64,000 nucleotides of DNA from Roseibacillus sp. (GTDB lineage Bacteria > Verrucomicrobiota > Verrucomicrobiia > Verrucomicrobiales > Akkermansiaceae): positions 32,001 to 96,000 of the forward strand of contig CBDEUM010000039.1 in the NCBI GenBank assembly GCA_965242925.1. Reading direction: 5' to 3'. Positions 19,060-29,166 of the stretch are shown one piece after another. Both the position numbers and the translations under genes were made by a program. The notes under the pieces were generated by a model. It was not told the DNA's origin. It did not search any database and saw nothing but the letters and a program-made list of their open reading frames with translations. Position 1 is the stretch's first letter; every line of letters begins with the position of its first letter.

Positions 19060-22000
19060 CATCGGCCGCGCGCTGTGCGCGCTGAGCGTGCTTGTCTCGA
19101 CGACTCAGGCCCAGGAGCGCACGGCGTGGGCAACTTCGCAATTGCAGGGTTCACCCGATCCCCCCCTCCCCTTCACGACGGAACGGGTCCTGACCTCTAT
19201 CAAGTGGGACAAACCTCTCTATGCCCTGGCCGATGCCGGGGGCGACCGCAATCACCTCCTGGTGATGGAAGAGGGTAACGACAGCGACCGTCCAACGCGG
19301 CTCTTTCGCGTCAACTACCGCTCTGAATCACCGGCTAAGGATCTCTTCTTCGAACTGCCCAAGTTCCTCGTCTACGGATTGACGCTCGATCCGGACTACC
19401 TCTCTAACGGATTCCTCTACCTGTTCCAGAAAGGCCACCTCCCCGCCTTCCGCAATCGCGGCGTGCGCATCTCGCGCTACCGTGTAGTGGATCACAAAAT
19501 CAACCCTGCCTCCGAGCTTCCCATCATCGAGTGGCGGACGCACGGACACGACGGGGGCGACCTCGCTTTCGGCCAGGACGGCATGCTTTACATCACCACC
19601 GGAGACGGCTCCACCGATTCGGACCAGTTGGTCTCGGGGCAGTCCCTGGATGATCTGTTAGGATCCGTCCTGCGTATCGATGTGCGCCAGGCCACCACCA
19701 GGCACCCCTACACCGTCCCTCCTGACAATCCCTTCTTCGACCAGCCCAGTGCGCGCCCCGAGATCTGGGCCTACGGGCTTCGCAACCCGTGGCGCATGAC
19801 CGCGGACCAAAAATCGGGACAGATCTGGGTGGGCAATAACGGCCAGGATCTCTGGGAGACTGCCCATCTCCTCGGCCGCGGGGAGAACTACGGCTGGAGC
19901 GTCTTCGAGGGCAATCATCCCTTCTACCCTACCCGCCAGCTCGGGCCCACCCCGCACGTCCCCCCCACCATCGAACACCCGCACTCCGAGTTCCGCTCAC
20001 TCACCGGAGGAGTCATCTACCGGGGGGAGAAGTGGCCGGAACTCGACGGTGCCTACGTTTACGGCGACTATTCCACCGGCCGAATCTGGGCCGCCAGACA
20101 CGAGGACAAGAAGATCCTCTGGCACCGTGAACTGGCTGACACATCCATTCAGATTGCCGGTTTCACCCTCGCCCCGGGCGGCGATCTCATCGTCATCGAC
20201 CATGGCGGCAATGCCCTTCACCGCCTGGTGAAATCGGCGCCGCCGCCGGCAAACGAACTGCCCTTCCCCGAGCTTCTCAGCGAGACCGGTCTCTTCAAGT
20301 CAGTGACCGAGCAGTCCCCCGAGGCTGGTGTGATCGCCTACCAGATCAACTCGGAGGGCTGGAATGACGGCGCCACTTCACAACGCTGGATGGCCGTTCC
20401 TGGAAGCAAGAAAGCGGTCTACAAGAGCGATCAACCATGGGACTTTCCCAACGGCACTGCCCTGACGCAAACGCTCTCTCTTCCGGCTGGTGAAGGAGGG
20501 ACGGCCCGCAAGGTGGAGACGCGCGTCCTTCTCCGCGAACAGAACGAATGGGAAGGCTACTCCTACCGCTGGAACAAGGACGGAGGCGATGCCGTCCTCG
20601 TTCCTTCCTCCGGGGCCGACGCCGAGATCGAGGAGAGCGGGCAGAAATACTCCTGGCGCTTTCCCAGCCGGGCTCAGTGCGCACTCTGCCACAACCGCGC
20701 AGCGCTCTATGTCCTGGGAATTACGGGCAAGCAGTTGAATCGCCTGCGCGAATTCGAAGGCGATGAAGTCAACCAGCTCGCCCTGCTGCAACGAATCGGA
20801 TTCTTTTCCAATCAATTACCCGAAAGATTGCCCGAGCCTCTCGCCAATCCCCACGAAGTCGATGAGCCTTTGGAGGCGCGCGCTCACTCCTACCTGCACA
20901 CCAATTGCTCGATCTGCCACGTGACGTCTGGAGGCGGCAACGCCCAGTTCGATGTACAGATCGCCAGCCCACGCGATAAGAGAAAGGTCATCGAAGTCCG
21001 CCCACAGCACGCCACCTTTGGCCTGCCCGATGCCATGATTGTCGCACCGGGGCGCCCGGACGCTTCCGTTCTTCTGCACCGTGTTTCCCACCGTGGAAAG
21101 GGCAGCGGACAAATGCCCCCACTGGGATCAAGCCACGTCGATACGGAGGCAGTCGAGATGCTGCGCGACTGGATCGCGGGACTGCACCCCTCGCGGCCCA
21201 TCGTAAAGGAATGGACAATGGCCGATTTTTCCGCGGAGCTGGCAACTTCCGACCAGCGCCAGCGTCACTATCTGAGCGGTCGCGAGGCCTTCGCCGCGAC
21301 CGGCTGCATCCAGTGTCACAAGTTCGGAGAGGGTGGCGGAAGCGTCGGCCCAGACCTGAACGGCATAGGAAAGCGTGCCACCACTCGCGATCTGTTAGAG
21401 TCCATCCTCGAGCCATCCCGGCACATCGCGGAGGGGTTTGCGATCCCCGGAACCGATCCGGCGGTCTCCACCATGCCCACCGGGATGATCAACATTCTTG
21501 GGAAAGAGCAGGTCCTCGATCTGCTCTACTACCTGAAACGGGACGGCCGTCCACGTGTGGCCGCCATCGTGACCGAGTACCGTCACAACTCCCACGCCGA
21601 CATCATCGTGAGCCGCCTTCTCCAGACCGACACGCTCGACGGCAAGGGAAAGGACTCCCCGCTCGAACTGGTCTCGCTCTATACCGACCAGATCCCCAAG
21701 AACGACACCAGTCGCCTGCTCTCGACCTCCCACGGCTTCCCGATCTATCCCACCATTGCCCAAGCACTCACCCTCGGAACGGGAGAACTGGCAGTTGATG
21801 GAGTCCTCCTCATCGCCGAACACGGCGACTATCCGAAATCGGACACGGGCAGCACGCAGTATCCCAAGCGGCGCTTCTGGAAAGAATGCCTCAAGGTATT
21901 TGATGCAAGCAAACGCACCGTCCCCGTCTTCGTCGACAAGCACCTTTCTGATAACTGGGCTGACGCCAAGTTCCTCTACGATTCGGCGAAGGAACGTGGA

Positions 22001-22711
22001 ATCCCGCTCATGGCAGGCTCCTCCCTCCCCACCACCTGGCGCAGGCCGGCCGCCGACGTCCGCCGCAGTGCCAAGCTCAAGGAGATCGTGGCCCTCAGTT
22101 ACCACACCACCGATGCCTACGGATTTCATACTCTCGAGATCATCCAGGCTCTCGCCGAACAGCGGCAGGGCGGCGAAACCGGGATCACTGCCGTGCACGC
22201 ACTCGCCGACGAGGAGGTCTGGCGCGCTTTCGATGAGCAGCACTTCAACCGATCGCTTTTCGAGGCCGCCTGGTCGCGCCTCACCAACCCGCCCGACCTG
22301 AAGGACCTCCGCCGGTTGGTGGCCAAACCGCGTCTCTTCACCATCGAGTACAAGGGCGGACTGCGCGCCCACATGCTCGAATTGAATGGCGCGGTCAATG
22401 AATGGGCAGCGGCCTGGAGTTACCAGGATGGCAACCAGATCGACTCCTCCCTCTTCTGGACCCAGGAAGGCAGGCCGGGCATGCACTTCACCTGGCTCCT
22501 GCACGGGATCGAAAGGATGATTCTCACCGGTCAAGCGAGCTGGAACGCAGAGCGCACCCTCTACACCAGCGGCACCCTTGACGCCTTCCTCCTCTCCCTC
22601 AAGAACGGCAAACGCCTGGAGACCCCCTACCTCAACATTCCCTACCAGCCCGCCTGGCGCTGGCTGGAACCGCCCCCACCGCCGCCTACCAGGCCGTGGT
22701 CGGAGCAGTGA
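19040..22711 (+). CDS. PQQ-dependent sugar dehydrogenase (GSDH) beta-propeller fused to three c-type haem motifs and a C-terminal Rossmann-like domain
   Basis: HDGGDLAFGQDGMLYITTGDG, IWAYGLRNPWR and GENYGW; CALCH, CSICH, CIQCH; VGPDL..IG; then RVAAIVTEYRHNSHAD...DGVLLIAEHGDYP...MAGSSLP. Confidence 0.85.
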   Translation: MCSFTPNIGRALCALSVLVSTTQAQERTAWATSQLQGSPDPPLPFTTERVLTSIKWDKPLYALADAGGDRNHLLVMEEGNDSDRPTRLFRVNYRSESPAKDLFFELPKFLVYGLTLDPDYLSNGFLYLFQKGHLPAFRNRGVRISRYRVVDHKINPASELPIIEWRTHGHDGGDLAFGQDGMLYITTGDGSTDSDQLVSGQSLDDLLGSVLRIDVRQATTRHPYTVPPDNPFFDQPSARPEIWAYGLRNPWRMTADQKSGQIWVGNNGQDLWETAHLLGRGENYGWSVFEGNHPFYPTRQLGPTPHVPPTIEHPHSEFRSLTGGVIYRGEKWPELDGAYVYGDYSTGRIWAARHEDKKILWHRELADTSIQIAGFTLAPGGDLIVIDHGGNALHRLVKSAPPPANELPFPELLSETGLFKSVTEQSPEAGVIAYQINSEGWNDGATSQRWMAVPGSKKAVYKSDQPWDFPNGTALTQTLSLPAGEGGTARKVETRVLLREQNEWEGYSYRWNKDGGDAVLVPSSGADAEIEESGQKYSWRFPSRAQCALCHNRAALYVLGITGKQLNRLREFEGDEVNQLALLQRIGFFSNQLPERLPEPLANPHEVDEPLEARAHSYLHTNCSICHVTSGGGNAQFDVQIASPRDKRKVIEVRPQHATFGLPDAMIVAPGRPDASVLLHRVSHRGKGSGQMPPLGSSHVDTEAVEMLRDWIAGLHPSRPIVKEWTMADFSAELATSDQRQRHYLSGREAFAATGCIQCHKFGEGGGSVGPDLNGIGKRATTRDLLESILEPSRHIAEGFAIPGTDPAVSTMPTGMINILGKEQVLDLLYYLKRDGRPRVAAIVTEYRHNSHADIIVSRLLQTDTLDGKGKDSPLELVSLYTDQIPKNDTSRLLSTSHGFPIYPTIAQALTLGTGELAVDGVLLIAEHGDYPKSDTGSTQYPKRRFWKECLKVFDASKRTVPVFVDKHLSDNWADAKFLYDSAKERGIPLMAGSSLPTTWRRPAADVRRSAKLKEIVALSYHTTDAYGFHTLEIIQALAEQRQGGETGITAVHALADEEVWRAFDEQHFNRSLFEAAWSRLTNPPDLKDLRRLVAKPRLFTIEYKGGLRAHMLELNGAVNEWAAAWSYQDGNQIDSSLFWTQEGRPGMHFTWLLHGIERMILTGQASWNAERTLYTSGTLDAFLLSLKNGKRLETPYLNIPYQPAWRWLEPPPPPPTRPWSEQ

Positions 22712-22715
22712 CAAT

Positions 22716-24857
22716 TCACTTGAGAGCCGAAAACCCGAGAGCCTTGAGGTGGATTCGCTCTGGCGGCTGGGCCAGGAGCTTGCCCTCGACCTCCGACTCC
22801 TGGCGCACCCGACGCCACTCGGGATCGGCGCCAAAGGCCTTCCAATTGACGTCGGCCTGTTGACGGCTGGGGTGATGCAGGAAATAGACAAGGGTGTTGC
22901 CAGACTCCGGCCTGTCGAAGGGGGTCCAGTAGCCGATGTTCTTCATGCCGTGCTTCTCGAAGAGCCTCCTGGTGTGATTTCGAAAGCGGGCATTGAGTGC
23001 TGTCAGCTTTCCGGGCGCCGTCATGTAGGTGCGCAATTCATAAACCCCTCCGGGCTCATCGATCGCAACCTGCTTCAAGGCAGAGTAATCGTTCTCCCTC
23101 AGAAAAACGCTCTCCGGACGCTGCGAAAGCAGGCTCTGGAACTCAGGCTTGTCGAGCACTGCTTCCCACTCCCGATCGTTGAAGAACGCCACCCAGTTCT
23201 GATAAGCCGCATAGCGCGAGGGATGCTTGAGAAGGTAAACGAATCGTCGCCGCTTCTTGGCCGGTCCCTCGGTGGGGATCCAGTAACCGAGCGCCTCCAG
23301 TCCGTGCTTGCGGAAGAGGCGATCGGTGTGCTCGCGAAAGCGCTTGATAAGGTGTGCGTGCCTCCCCTCATTTGCGGAGTAAATGCGCAACTCGTAGAGT
23401 GGTCCCTGGTCCAACCGTTCCGCCCGCGGTGAGCGTCGCTGACCGCTCCCTGCATCCCGACCCTGTTTATGTCCCAGCACCACCTCCAGCGGGGCTTCGA
23501 AGATCCAGGCCATGTCGTCGGAGATCCTGCGACTGGCATCGTGACCCCCGATGTAAAGTCCTCCATCACCAAAGGGTGAGAGGCAAAAAGCGCGTGGGGA
23601 CACCAGGAAGGGTTTACCCGGCTCAAAGGCATTATTAACCTCGCGCACCTCATAGCTCTGGTCAGACCGCCGCAGGGCATACATTGCCCCGGCGTAGAGA
23701 GGGCTTCCCTTCCAGCGCAACTCGTCCTTCCCTCGAATATTTCCCTGGAACCCGATGATGTGGACCGTCTCGCTGGTGACCGGGTCCACCACCGGATACA
23801 TCATGTTGTGGGCGCCTAGGGTGTAGATCACCTCCACCCCGAGCGCCTTGCTCATGAGGTCAATGATGCGCGCCTCGTCGTGAAGGGTAAATCCTCCCCG
23901 CCCGTCCGGATCCATGCGCTTCACCTGGCTTGTCGACCGATCCCCGGGGGCCCACAGGAAAAGCAATGATTCGCCCTCCCCCTTCGGATTCTCGATCTTG
24001 GTCAATCCCCGTATCCCGCCCACGTCGGTGTCCGTGTCCTCGTGCAAATCAAGAACTTCTCGGTAGCGCGCGCTCTCTCCATCGACCCGCTGGTAGATCG
24101 ATCCGCCCTCCGAAAAGTACAATACCCCGTTGGCTCTCGCCATTCCGAGAGGCCTAGTGCGAAAGGCCCCTTCCGTCAGGAAGGGATACTCGAGGTGACG
24201 TCCCCAGCGGATCCCCCCCGGTGCGCTCTCATCGTAGACTCCGGACACGATGCCTGGATTGCCCAACGAGAGGTAGAGGCGTTCCATTCCGGTGACCTTG
24301 TCGCGGTGCACCTCCATGTCACGGGGCACCCAGCGCACCCCGCCCGCGCTCGATCCGTGCCGGACCAGACTGTGAGACCAACTGCTCTTCTCCTCGTCCC
24401 GCACCCAGACCGAGACCGCCCCCCCCCGCTCGAAGTTCGCCCCTGCGGCCATGACGAGAAGGTTGCGCGGCTGAGGCAGGGCTGCACCGCTGGCATCCCG
24501 CGTGAAGGTCACCGACTTGAGCACATTGCCCTTCATGTATTCCAAGCCGAACCCGTTCGATTTGCCGGTATCCAGATCGACCTGCCACTCTCCCCCTGAT
24601 TGGTCCAGGCGCAGAACCTGTGCACTCTGCTTCTGTCCCTCGGGAGGAATCACCCAGCGCCCGTCCACCCAGTAGCCATTGGCAGCGTAGAGTTTCCCCT
24701 TATGCGCGACCAGATGCATGATCTCGGATCCACCCGCATAGGCGCCCGCCCGGTCGAAATAACCGGCATCGTAGCTCTGCCTCCATTGGGCCTCCTCTGC
24801 CCTGCTGACGGGCAGGAGGGCTCCCAGGGCCACGATAAAAAGAGAAAAAATACGCAT
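22716..24857 (-). CDS. Secreted protein with N-terminal propeller-like region and two C-terminal NIPSNAP domains
   Basis: Signal peptide; two copies of YELR.Y....G......RFR.HT.RLF.KHG....GYW.P. Confidence 0.85.
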   Translation of the reverse strand: MRIFSLFIVALGALLPVSRAEEAQWRQSYDAGYFDRAGAYAGGSEIMHLVAHKGKLYAANGYWVDGRWVIPPEGQKQSAQVLRLDQSGGEWQVDLDTGKSNGFGLEYMKGNVLKSVTFTRDASGAALPQPRNLLVMAAGANFERGGAVSVWVRDEEKSSWSHSLVRHGSSAGGVRWVPRDMEVHRDKVTGMERLYLSLGNPGIVSGVYDESAPGGIRWGRHLEYPFLTEGAFRTRPLGMARANGVLYFSEGGSIYQRVDGESARYREVLDLHEDTDTDVGGIRGLTKIENPKGEGESLLFLWAPGDRSTSQVKRMDPDGRGGFTLHDEARIIDLMSKALGVEVIYTLGAHNMMYPVVDPVTSETVHIIGFQGNIRGKDELRWKGSPLYAGAMYALRRSDQSYEVREVNNAFEPGKPFLVSPRAFCLSPFGDGGLYIGGHDASRRISDDMAWIFEAPLEVVLGHKQGRDAGSGQRRSPRAERLDQGPLYELRIYSANEGRHAHLIKRFREHTDRLFRKHGLEALGYWIPTEGPAKKRRRFVYLLKHPSRYAAYQNWVAFFNDREWEAVLDKPEFQSLLSQRPESVFLRENDYSALKQVAIDEPGGVYELRTYMTAPGKLTALNARFRNHTRRLFEKHGMKNIGYWTPFDRPESGNTLVYFLHHPSRQQADVNWKAFGADPEWRRVRQESEVEGKLLAQPPERIHLKALGFSALK

Positions 24858-24894
24858 GGTTTCAGTGTATTGCAGCCAAATCGAGGCCGACCTT

Positions 24895-26109
24895 TCAGTC
24901 CAGCCAGTCCGGCAATTCCCCGTCCCCTGTCTCCTTCCCTTCCAGAAGCCAGCTCAGGTTAAAACGGGCCAGGTAACCATCCTCGTAACGGTGACTCTTT
25001 CCTCCCTCCAGCAAGAGATAGATCCAACCCTCGCTCGCAGTCCCCGGGCGCCCCGCATTGAGGGAGGAGTAGGCACTCGGTCCGTCCCATACCCTGCGCT
25101 TGAGCGGCCAGGTCCCGGCCCCATCAAAACTCACCCACACCGTGACATCACGGCGTTCGGCAGTGACGCTGTCGCAGTTGCTGTAGAGCAGAATATCACG
25201 CCCCTTGACCGGCAGGCGCACCAGCCCGGCAAAACAACCCGACCCGGGCCCGATCGACTTACGCGCCCCATCCGGAAGAATCCGACACATGGTGGCATCC
25301 TTCCAGGTCAGCCCGCCGTCCTCGCTCCAGGCCTCCCAGCGTAAGGCGGGGTTGTATTCTGATCCCGGCGGATCCGCATGTCTCCGGGAGTTGTAGTAGA
25401 TCCGGCCGTCGGAGAGTTCTGCTACCGCTCCCTCTCCGGTTCCCAGCTCGGGAAAGGGCGCGCTGGTGTCCCAGGTCACCCCGCCGTCGTCACTGTAGAT
25501 TGCGGTGTTGTACATCCTGGGAAGGTTTCCCCGGTTGTCCCCCCCGGCATACCACCGGGCGGCCCGCAGCAGCCTGCCGGCGTGCATGCCATGGCGCAGG
25601 GTAATGCCGTGCTCGGCAAAATGCATATCAGGCACATTCCCGCGATGGTCCGGTCGAATGACCGCCTTCTCTACCTTGTGCCAGCTCCTCCCATGGTCGC
25701 GACTTCGACAGACCCATTTCCTGGCCGGGGGATATCTGGCCTCCGGGAACGCGAAAATGTCCCCACTCCCCTCGTCCACTGTGACGCCCCCACCATGCCA
25801 GCAGGGCTTGGCTACCGTAATCAACGGTCCCCAGGTCTTGCCCCCATCCTCACTGCGTCGCACCCGGATTCCCTTCTTGCCCAGGGCAAAGTTGTTCTCC
25901 ACCTCTCCCCAGCTCGCCACCACGGTCCCATCCATGGCCACTACGATGTTAGGATTGCGCTCCCCCTCGAAGAGCTTATGCACCTCAAGGTCCGCCCCAC
26001 CCATGAAGGCCTCCAGGCCCCCCTCCTGAATTGATTCCGCAGCCGGAAGCGGGAAGCAGGGGAGGAAAACGGCAAACGGAACAATCTTGGGCAAAAGGCG
26101 TGAGGGCAT
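24895..26109 (-). CDS. Exo-alpha-sialidase-like protein (GH33, BNR/Asp-box)
   Basis: RNP (FRIP-like), five Asp-boxes (SEDGGKTW, SRDHGRSW, SDDGGVTW, SEDGGLTW, SFDGAGTW), GEG, NSR, SAYS, LLE. Confidence 0.88.
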   Translation of the reverse strand: MPSRLLPKIVPFAVFLPCFPLPAAESIQEGGLEAFMGGADLEVHKLFEGERNPNIVVAMDGTVVASWGEVENNFALGKKGIRVRRSEDGGKTWGPLITVAKPCWHGGGVTVDEGSGDIFAFPEARYPPARKWVCRSRDHGRSWHKVEKAVIRPDHRGNVPDMHFAEHGITLRHGMHAGRLLRAARWYAGGDNRGNLPRMYNTAIYSDDGGVTWDTSAPFPELGTGEGAVAELSDGRIYYNSRRHADPPGSEYNPALRWEAWSEDGGLTWKDATMCRILPDGARKSIGPGSGCFAGLVRLPVKGRDILLYSNCDSVTAERRDVTVWVSFDGAGTWPLKRRVWDGPSAYSSLNAGRPGTASEGWIYLLLEGGKSHRYEDGYLARFNLSWLLEGKETGDGELPDWLD

Positions 26110-26219
26110 CACGGCGGAGGCGGTTGCCCACAATTCTGCAGATCGACTCCAAAGAAGAAACTACTTTCCCCTCAACAGCCTGACGAAAAAAGAACAGGAG
26201 AGGCCAGAGCCCTCCCCGG

Positions 26220-26242
26220 CACAGGGACTTTCAAGTCCCGTG
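26220..26242. repeat. Short inverted repeat upstream of pyk
   Basis: CAC-A-GGGACTT-TC-AAGTCCC-GTG. Confidence 0.4.
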
Positions 26243-26323
26243 AATGAACAGACCCTCCTTATTCACAGTTCCCCTTCCCCCATTGCCCTTGTCCATCCGG
26301 CACTCACGCTACAGGTTCATACC

Positions 26324-27727
26324 GTGCGCCGTACCCGACTCATCGCCACCCTCGGCCCTGCCACCGAATCCCTTGACGCCATCCGCTCCCTCGTCCACGC
26401 GGGCGCGGACACCTTCCGGCTTAACATGAGCCACGCATCTCACGAATGGGCCCGTGAGGTGTCCGCCCGCGTGAGGGAAGCAGCCACCGACGCACCCCGG
26501 GCCCGCACGGTGGGTCTCCTCTTCGACCTGCAGGGCCCCTCCATCCGTACCGGCACCCTGGCCCAGCCCTTCGAACTGAATGAAGGTGACAAGGTCGAGT
26601 TCCGTCATCCGGGGAGCGCTCCGGCCCTGTCCTATTCCACCACCGTCAACTACACCAGCCTTGGCAGTGACGTGAACGTGGGTGACACCCTGCTGGTCGA
26701 CAATGGCACCATGATCATGCAGATCGCGGATGTCACCGACGACCGTATCACCTGTGAAGTGCAGACTGCCGGACAGCTGGGCTCCCGGCGCCACATCAAT
26801 CTTCCCGGCGTACGTCTCAATCTTCCAGCACTTACCGAAAAGGACCGGGCCGACATCGAGGTGGCTACCGAGTGCGAAGCGGACTTCATCGCGGGATCAT
26901 TCGTGAGGGATGCGGACCACGTCAACGAATTGCGGGCGCAGATCGAGCAGGCGGGAGGCCATGCACAGCTCATCGCCAAGCTCGAGGACCAGGAAGCCAT
27001 CAAGCACCTCGACGATATCATCCACGTTTCCGATCTCATCATGGTCGCACGCGGCGACCTCGGGATCGAAGTTCACATCGAGGAGCTTCCCATCATTCAA
27101 CGCCGCATCGTGAAGCGCTGCCACAATCTTGGACGACGCGTCATCGTGGCCACCCATCTCCTTGAATCCATGATCGAGAGCCCCACGCCAACGCGGGCCG
27201 AGGTCACGGACTGTGCCAACGCCGTCTACGAGGAAGCTGACGCCCTGATGGTTTCGGGGGAAACCTCGGTGGGCAAGCACCCGCAACGGTGCCTCGAAAT
27301 TCTCGACCGGGTGGCCCGCCGAATCGAACGGTCCGGCGGCCTCGGCTACGCCGCCTCGGCAGACCTGCCTACCAGCCGGCAACGGGCCGTGCGAGCTGCT
27401 GTCCAGCTGGCAGATTCCATCCAGGACGCCGTCATGGTGGTCTTCACACGGAGCGGCGCAACCGCCAACCAGACCGCTCTCCTCCGGCCACGCTCGCCCA
27501 TCTACGCCTTTACCCCGAAAAGCAACGTCTGCAGGGGACTCGCGCTCTCCCGCGGAGTCCGTCCCTTCGTGATTCCCTTCCGGGAGATGCCTCGCGATAC
27601 CATCGCCGAGGCGGTGGCCACCCTCCGCAACCGCCGGGATATTCCGGAAGGCACCCCCCTGGTCATCTTCTCGGACACCTTTCAGATTGACCGTGCAATC
27701 GATTCCATCCTCCTCGACCAGGTGTAA
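26324..27727 (+). CDS. pyk: Pyruvate kinase
   Basis: RRTRLIATLGPAT, FRLNMSH, DLQGPSIR, IAKLE, MVARGDLG, PTRAEVTD, SGETSVGKHP. GTG start inferred. Confidence 0.96.
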   Translation: MRRTRLIATLGPATESLDAIRSLVHAGADTFRLNMSHASHEWAREVSARVREAATDAPRARTVGLLFDLQGPSIRTGTLAQPFELNEGDKVEFRHPGSAPALSYSTTVNYTSLGSDVNVGDTLLVDNGTMIMQIADVTDDRITCEVQTAGQLGSRRHINLPGVRLNLPALTEKDRADIEVATECEADFIAGSFVRDADHVNELRAQIEQAGGHAQLIAKLEDQEAIKHLDDIIHVSDLIMVARGDLGIEVHIEELPIIQRRIVKRCHNLGRRVIVATHLLESMIESPTPTRAEVTDCANAVYEEADALMVSGETSVGKHPQRCLEILDRVARRIERSGGLGYAASADLPTSRQRAVRAAVQLADSIQDAVMVVFTRSGATANQTALLRPRSPIYAFTPKSNVCRGLALSRGVRPFVIPFREMPRDTIAEAVATLRNRRDIPEGTPLVIFSDTFQIDRAIDSILLDQV

Positions 27728-27742
27728 CCCCGGGCAGACACC

Positions 27743-29161
27743 TCAAGCCGTCTCTTCCTCTCCCGTGCCGGGAGCTGCCTCTTCCGGTTCCTCCTCACGC
27801 CTTGTGAAGTGTACTTGGCCTACCCGTCGACCATCCGTTCCGGTCACCTTCGCTTCGTATCCTTCTATTTCAATAGCCTCACCGGGCTCGGGAAGATGCC
27901 CGAGCTGCTGGGTGATGTAGCCTCCCACCGTGGTTACTTCTCCACTCTCCAGTTCGACCGCAGGCACATGATCAGAGAGCTCGTTGAGGGTGATCGCTCC
28001 CTCCACGATGAATTCATTGTCATTGACCCGGGTAAAGGCGCTGGTCTCGGAATCAAACTCATCCTGAATATCGCCCACCAGTTCTTCGATCACGTTGTCA
28101 AGGAACACCAGTCCGGCGGGATCGCCAAACTCGTCCACCACCATCGCGAGGTGGGCGCGTTCCTTCAGGAAAAAAGTGAGCAGAACATCGAGCGGCATGG
28201 TCTCGGGCACAATCTTGAGCTCACGTTTAACACCGTTAAGATCAGGAGCGGACTCGCCTGTGAGGATGAGGAGGTCCTTGATATGGATCAGGCCCACCGC
28301 ATTGTCGAGGTGGCCCTGCACCAGAGGAAAGCGGGTGTGCTTGGTAGCCGCCGCTCTCTTGAGGTTCTTTTCAAAGGGTTCGTCGAGATCGAAGAACACA
28401 ACCTCACTGCGAGGGGTCATCACGTCCTGAACCTTGAGATCGTTCAGCTCAAGGGCATTGATCAGGATTCCACGCTCCGTCTCGGTGACCTCGTCATGTT
28501 TCTCGCTCTCTTCCACCAGAATCGCGAGCTCCTCGGGGCTATGGGCGACTTCGCTCTCGGAGACCGGATCGATCTTGAATACCCTTTTGAGAATCCAGTT
28601 GGCGGTTCCGTTCAGGATCGCAATGGCCCACTTGAAGGCCACATAAAAACCGTGCAACGGCCGAGCCAGAGCCAGGGTGGTGCCCAGGGGCTTCCGGATC
28701 GCAATCGACTTCGGCAACAACTCCCCGATGACAACGTGCAGAAAGGTAAAGGAGATGATCGCAATGATGAACGAAATGGTCGGAACCGCATTCTTCAAAA
28801 ACTCGGGCAGATCCGGAATACCGTAGAGCGCAGGCCCCACCAAGGCGGCCACGAAGGGCTCCCCGAGAAATCCCAGCGCCAGGGACGCGATCGTAATGCC
28901 CAGCTGATTGGCGGAAAGATATCCGTCGAGGTGATCGACCACGTGCTTGGCAGTCTTCGCCCTCCGCGGCTTGTCTTTCAGTTCCCCATCGATCTGGGTG
29001 GGACGCACCTTGACGATGGCAAACTCCGACGCCACGAAGAAGGCATTCAGGAGCAGGAAGAAGACGATCCCTGCAATCAACAACAATGCCTCGGGCAGAG
29101 AGGGAAACTCATGAGGCACATTTGCCGACCCGCTGGCCAACGTTATCAACAATCCGTCCAT
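27743..29161 (-). CDS. CNNM/CorC-HlyC (hemolysin family) transporter with CBS domains
   Basis: NAFFVASEFA, QLGITIASL.LG, GELLPKS, CBS pair (HTRFPL, VVDEFG), EELVGDIQDEFD, CorC C-domain. Confidence 0.92.
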   Translation of the reverse strand: MDGLLITLASGSANVPHEFPSLPEALLLIAGIVFFLLLNAFFVASEFAIVKVRPTQIDGELKDKPRRAKTAKHVVDHLDGYLSANQLGITIASLALGFLGEPFVAALVGPALYGIPDLPEFLKNAVPTISFIIAIISFTFLHVVIGELLPKSIAIRKPLGTTLALARPLHGFYVAFKWAIAILNGTANWILKRVFKIDPVSESEVAHSPEELAILVEESEKHDEVTETERGILINALELNDLKVQDVMTPRSEVVFFDLDEPFEKNLKRAAATKHTRFPLVQGHLDNAVGLIHIKDLLILTGESAPDLNGVKRELKIVPETMPLDVLLTFFLKERAHLAMVVDEFGDPAGLVFLDNVIEELVGDIQDEFDSETSAFTRVNDNEFIVEGAITLNELSDHVPAVELESGEVTTVGGYITQQLGHLPEPGEAIEIEGYEAKVTGTDGRRVGQVHFTRREEEPEEAAPGTGEEETA

Positions 29162-29166
29162 TCCGG

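Noticed and set aside
24419..24427. G9 tract in the NIPSNAP gene (and G8/C8 in cysE at 62421-62428) as phase-variation sites
   Set aside because: Both genes are in frame, such runs are unremarkable at this GC content, and there is no evidence of variation without reads.
4831..26330. Integrative element or prophage at tRNA-Ser
   Set aside because: No integrase or phage genes, and no duplicate of the tRNA 3' end was found near pyk or elsewhere by eye.
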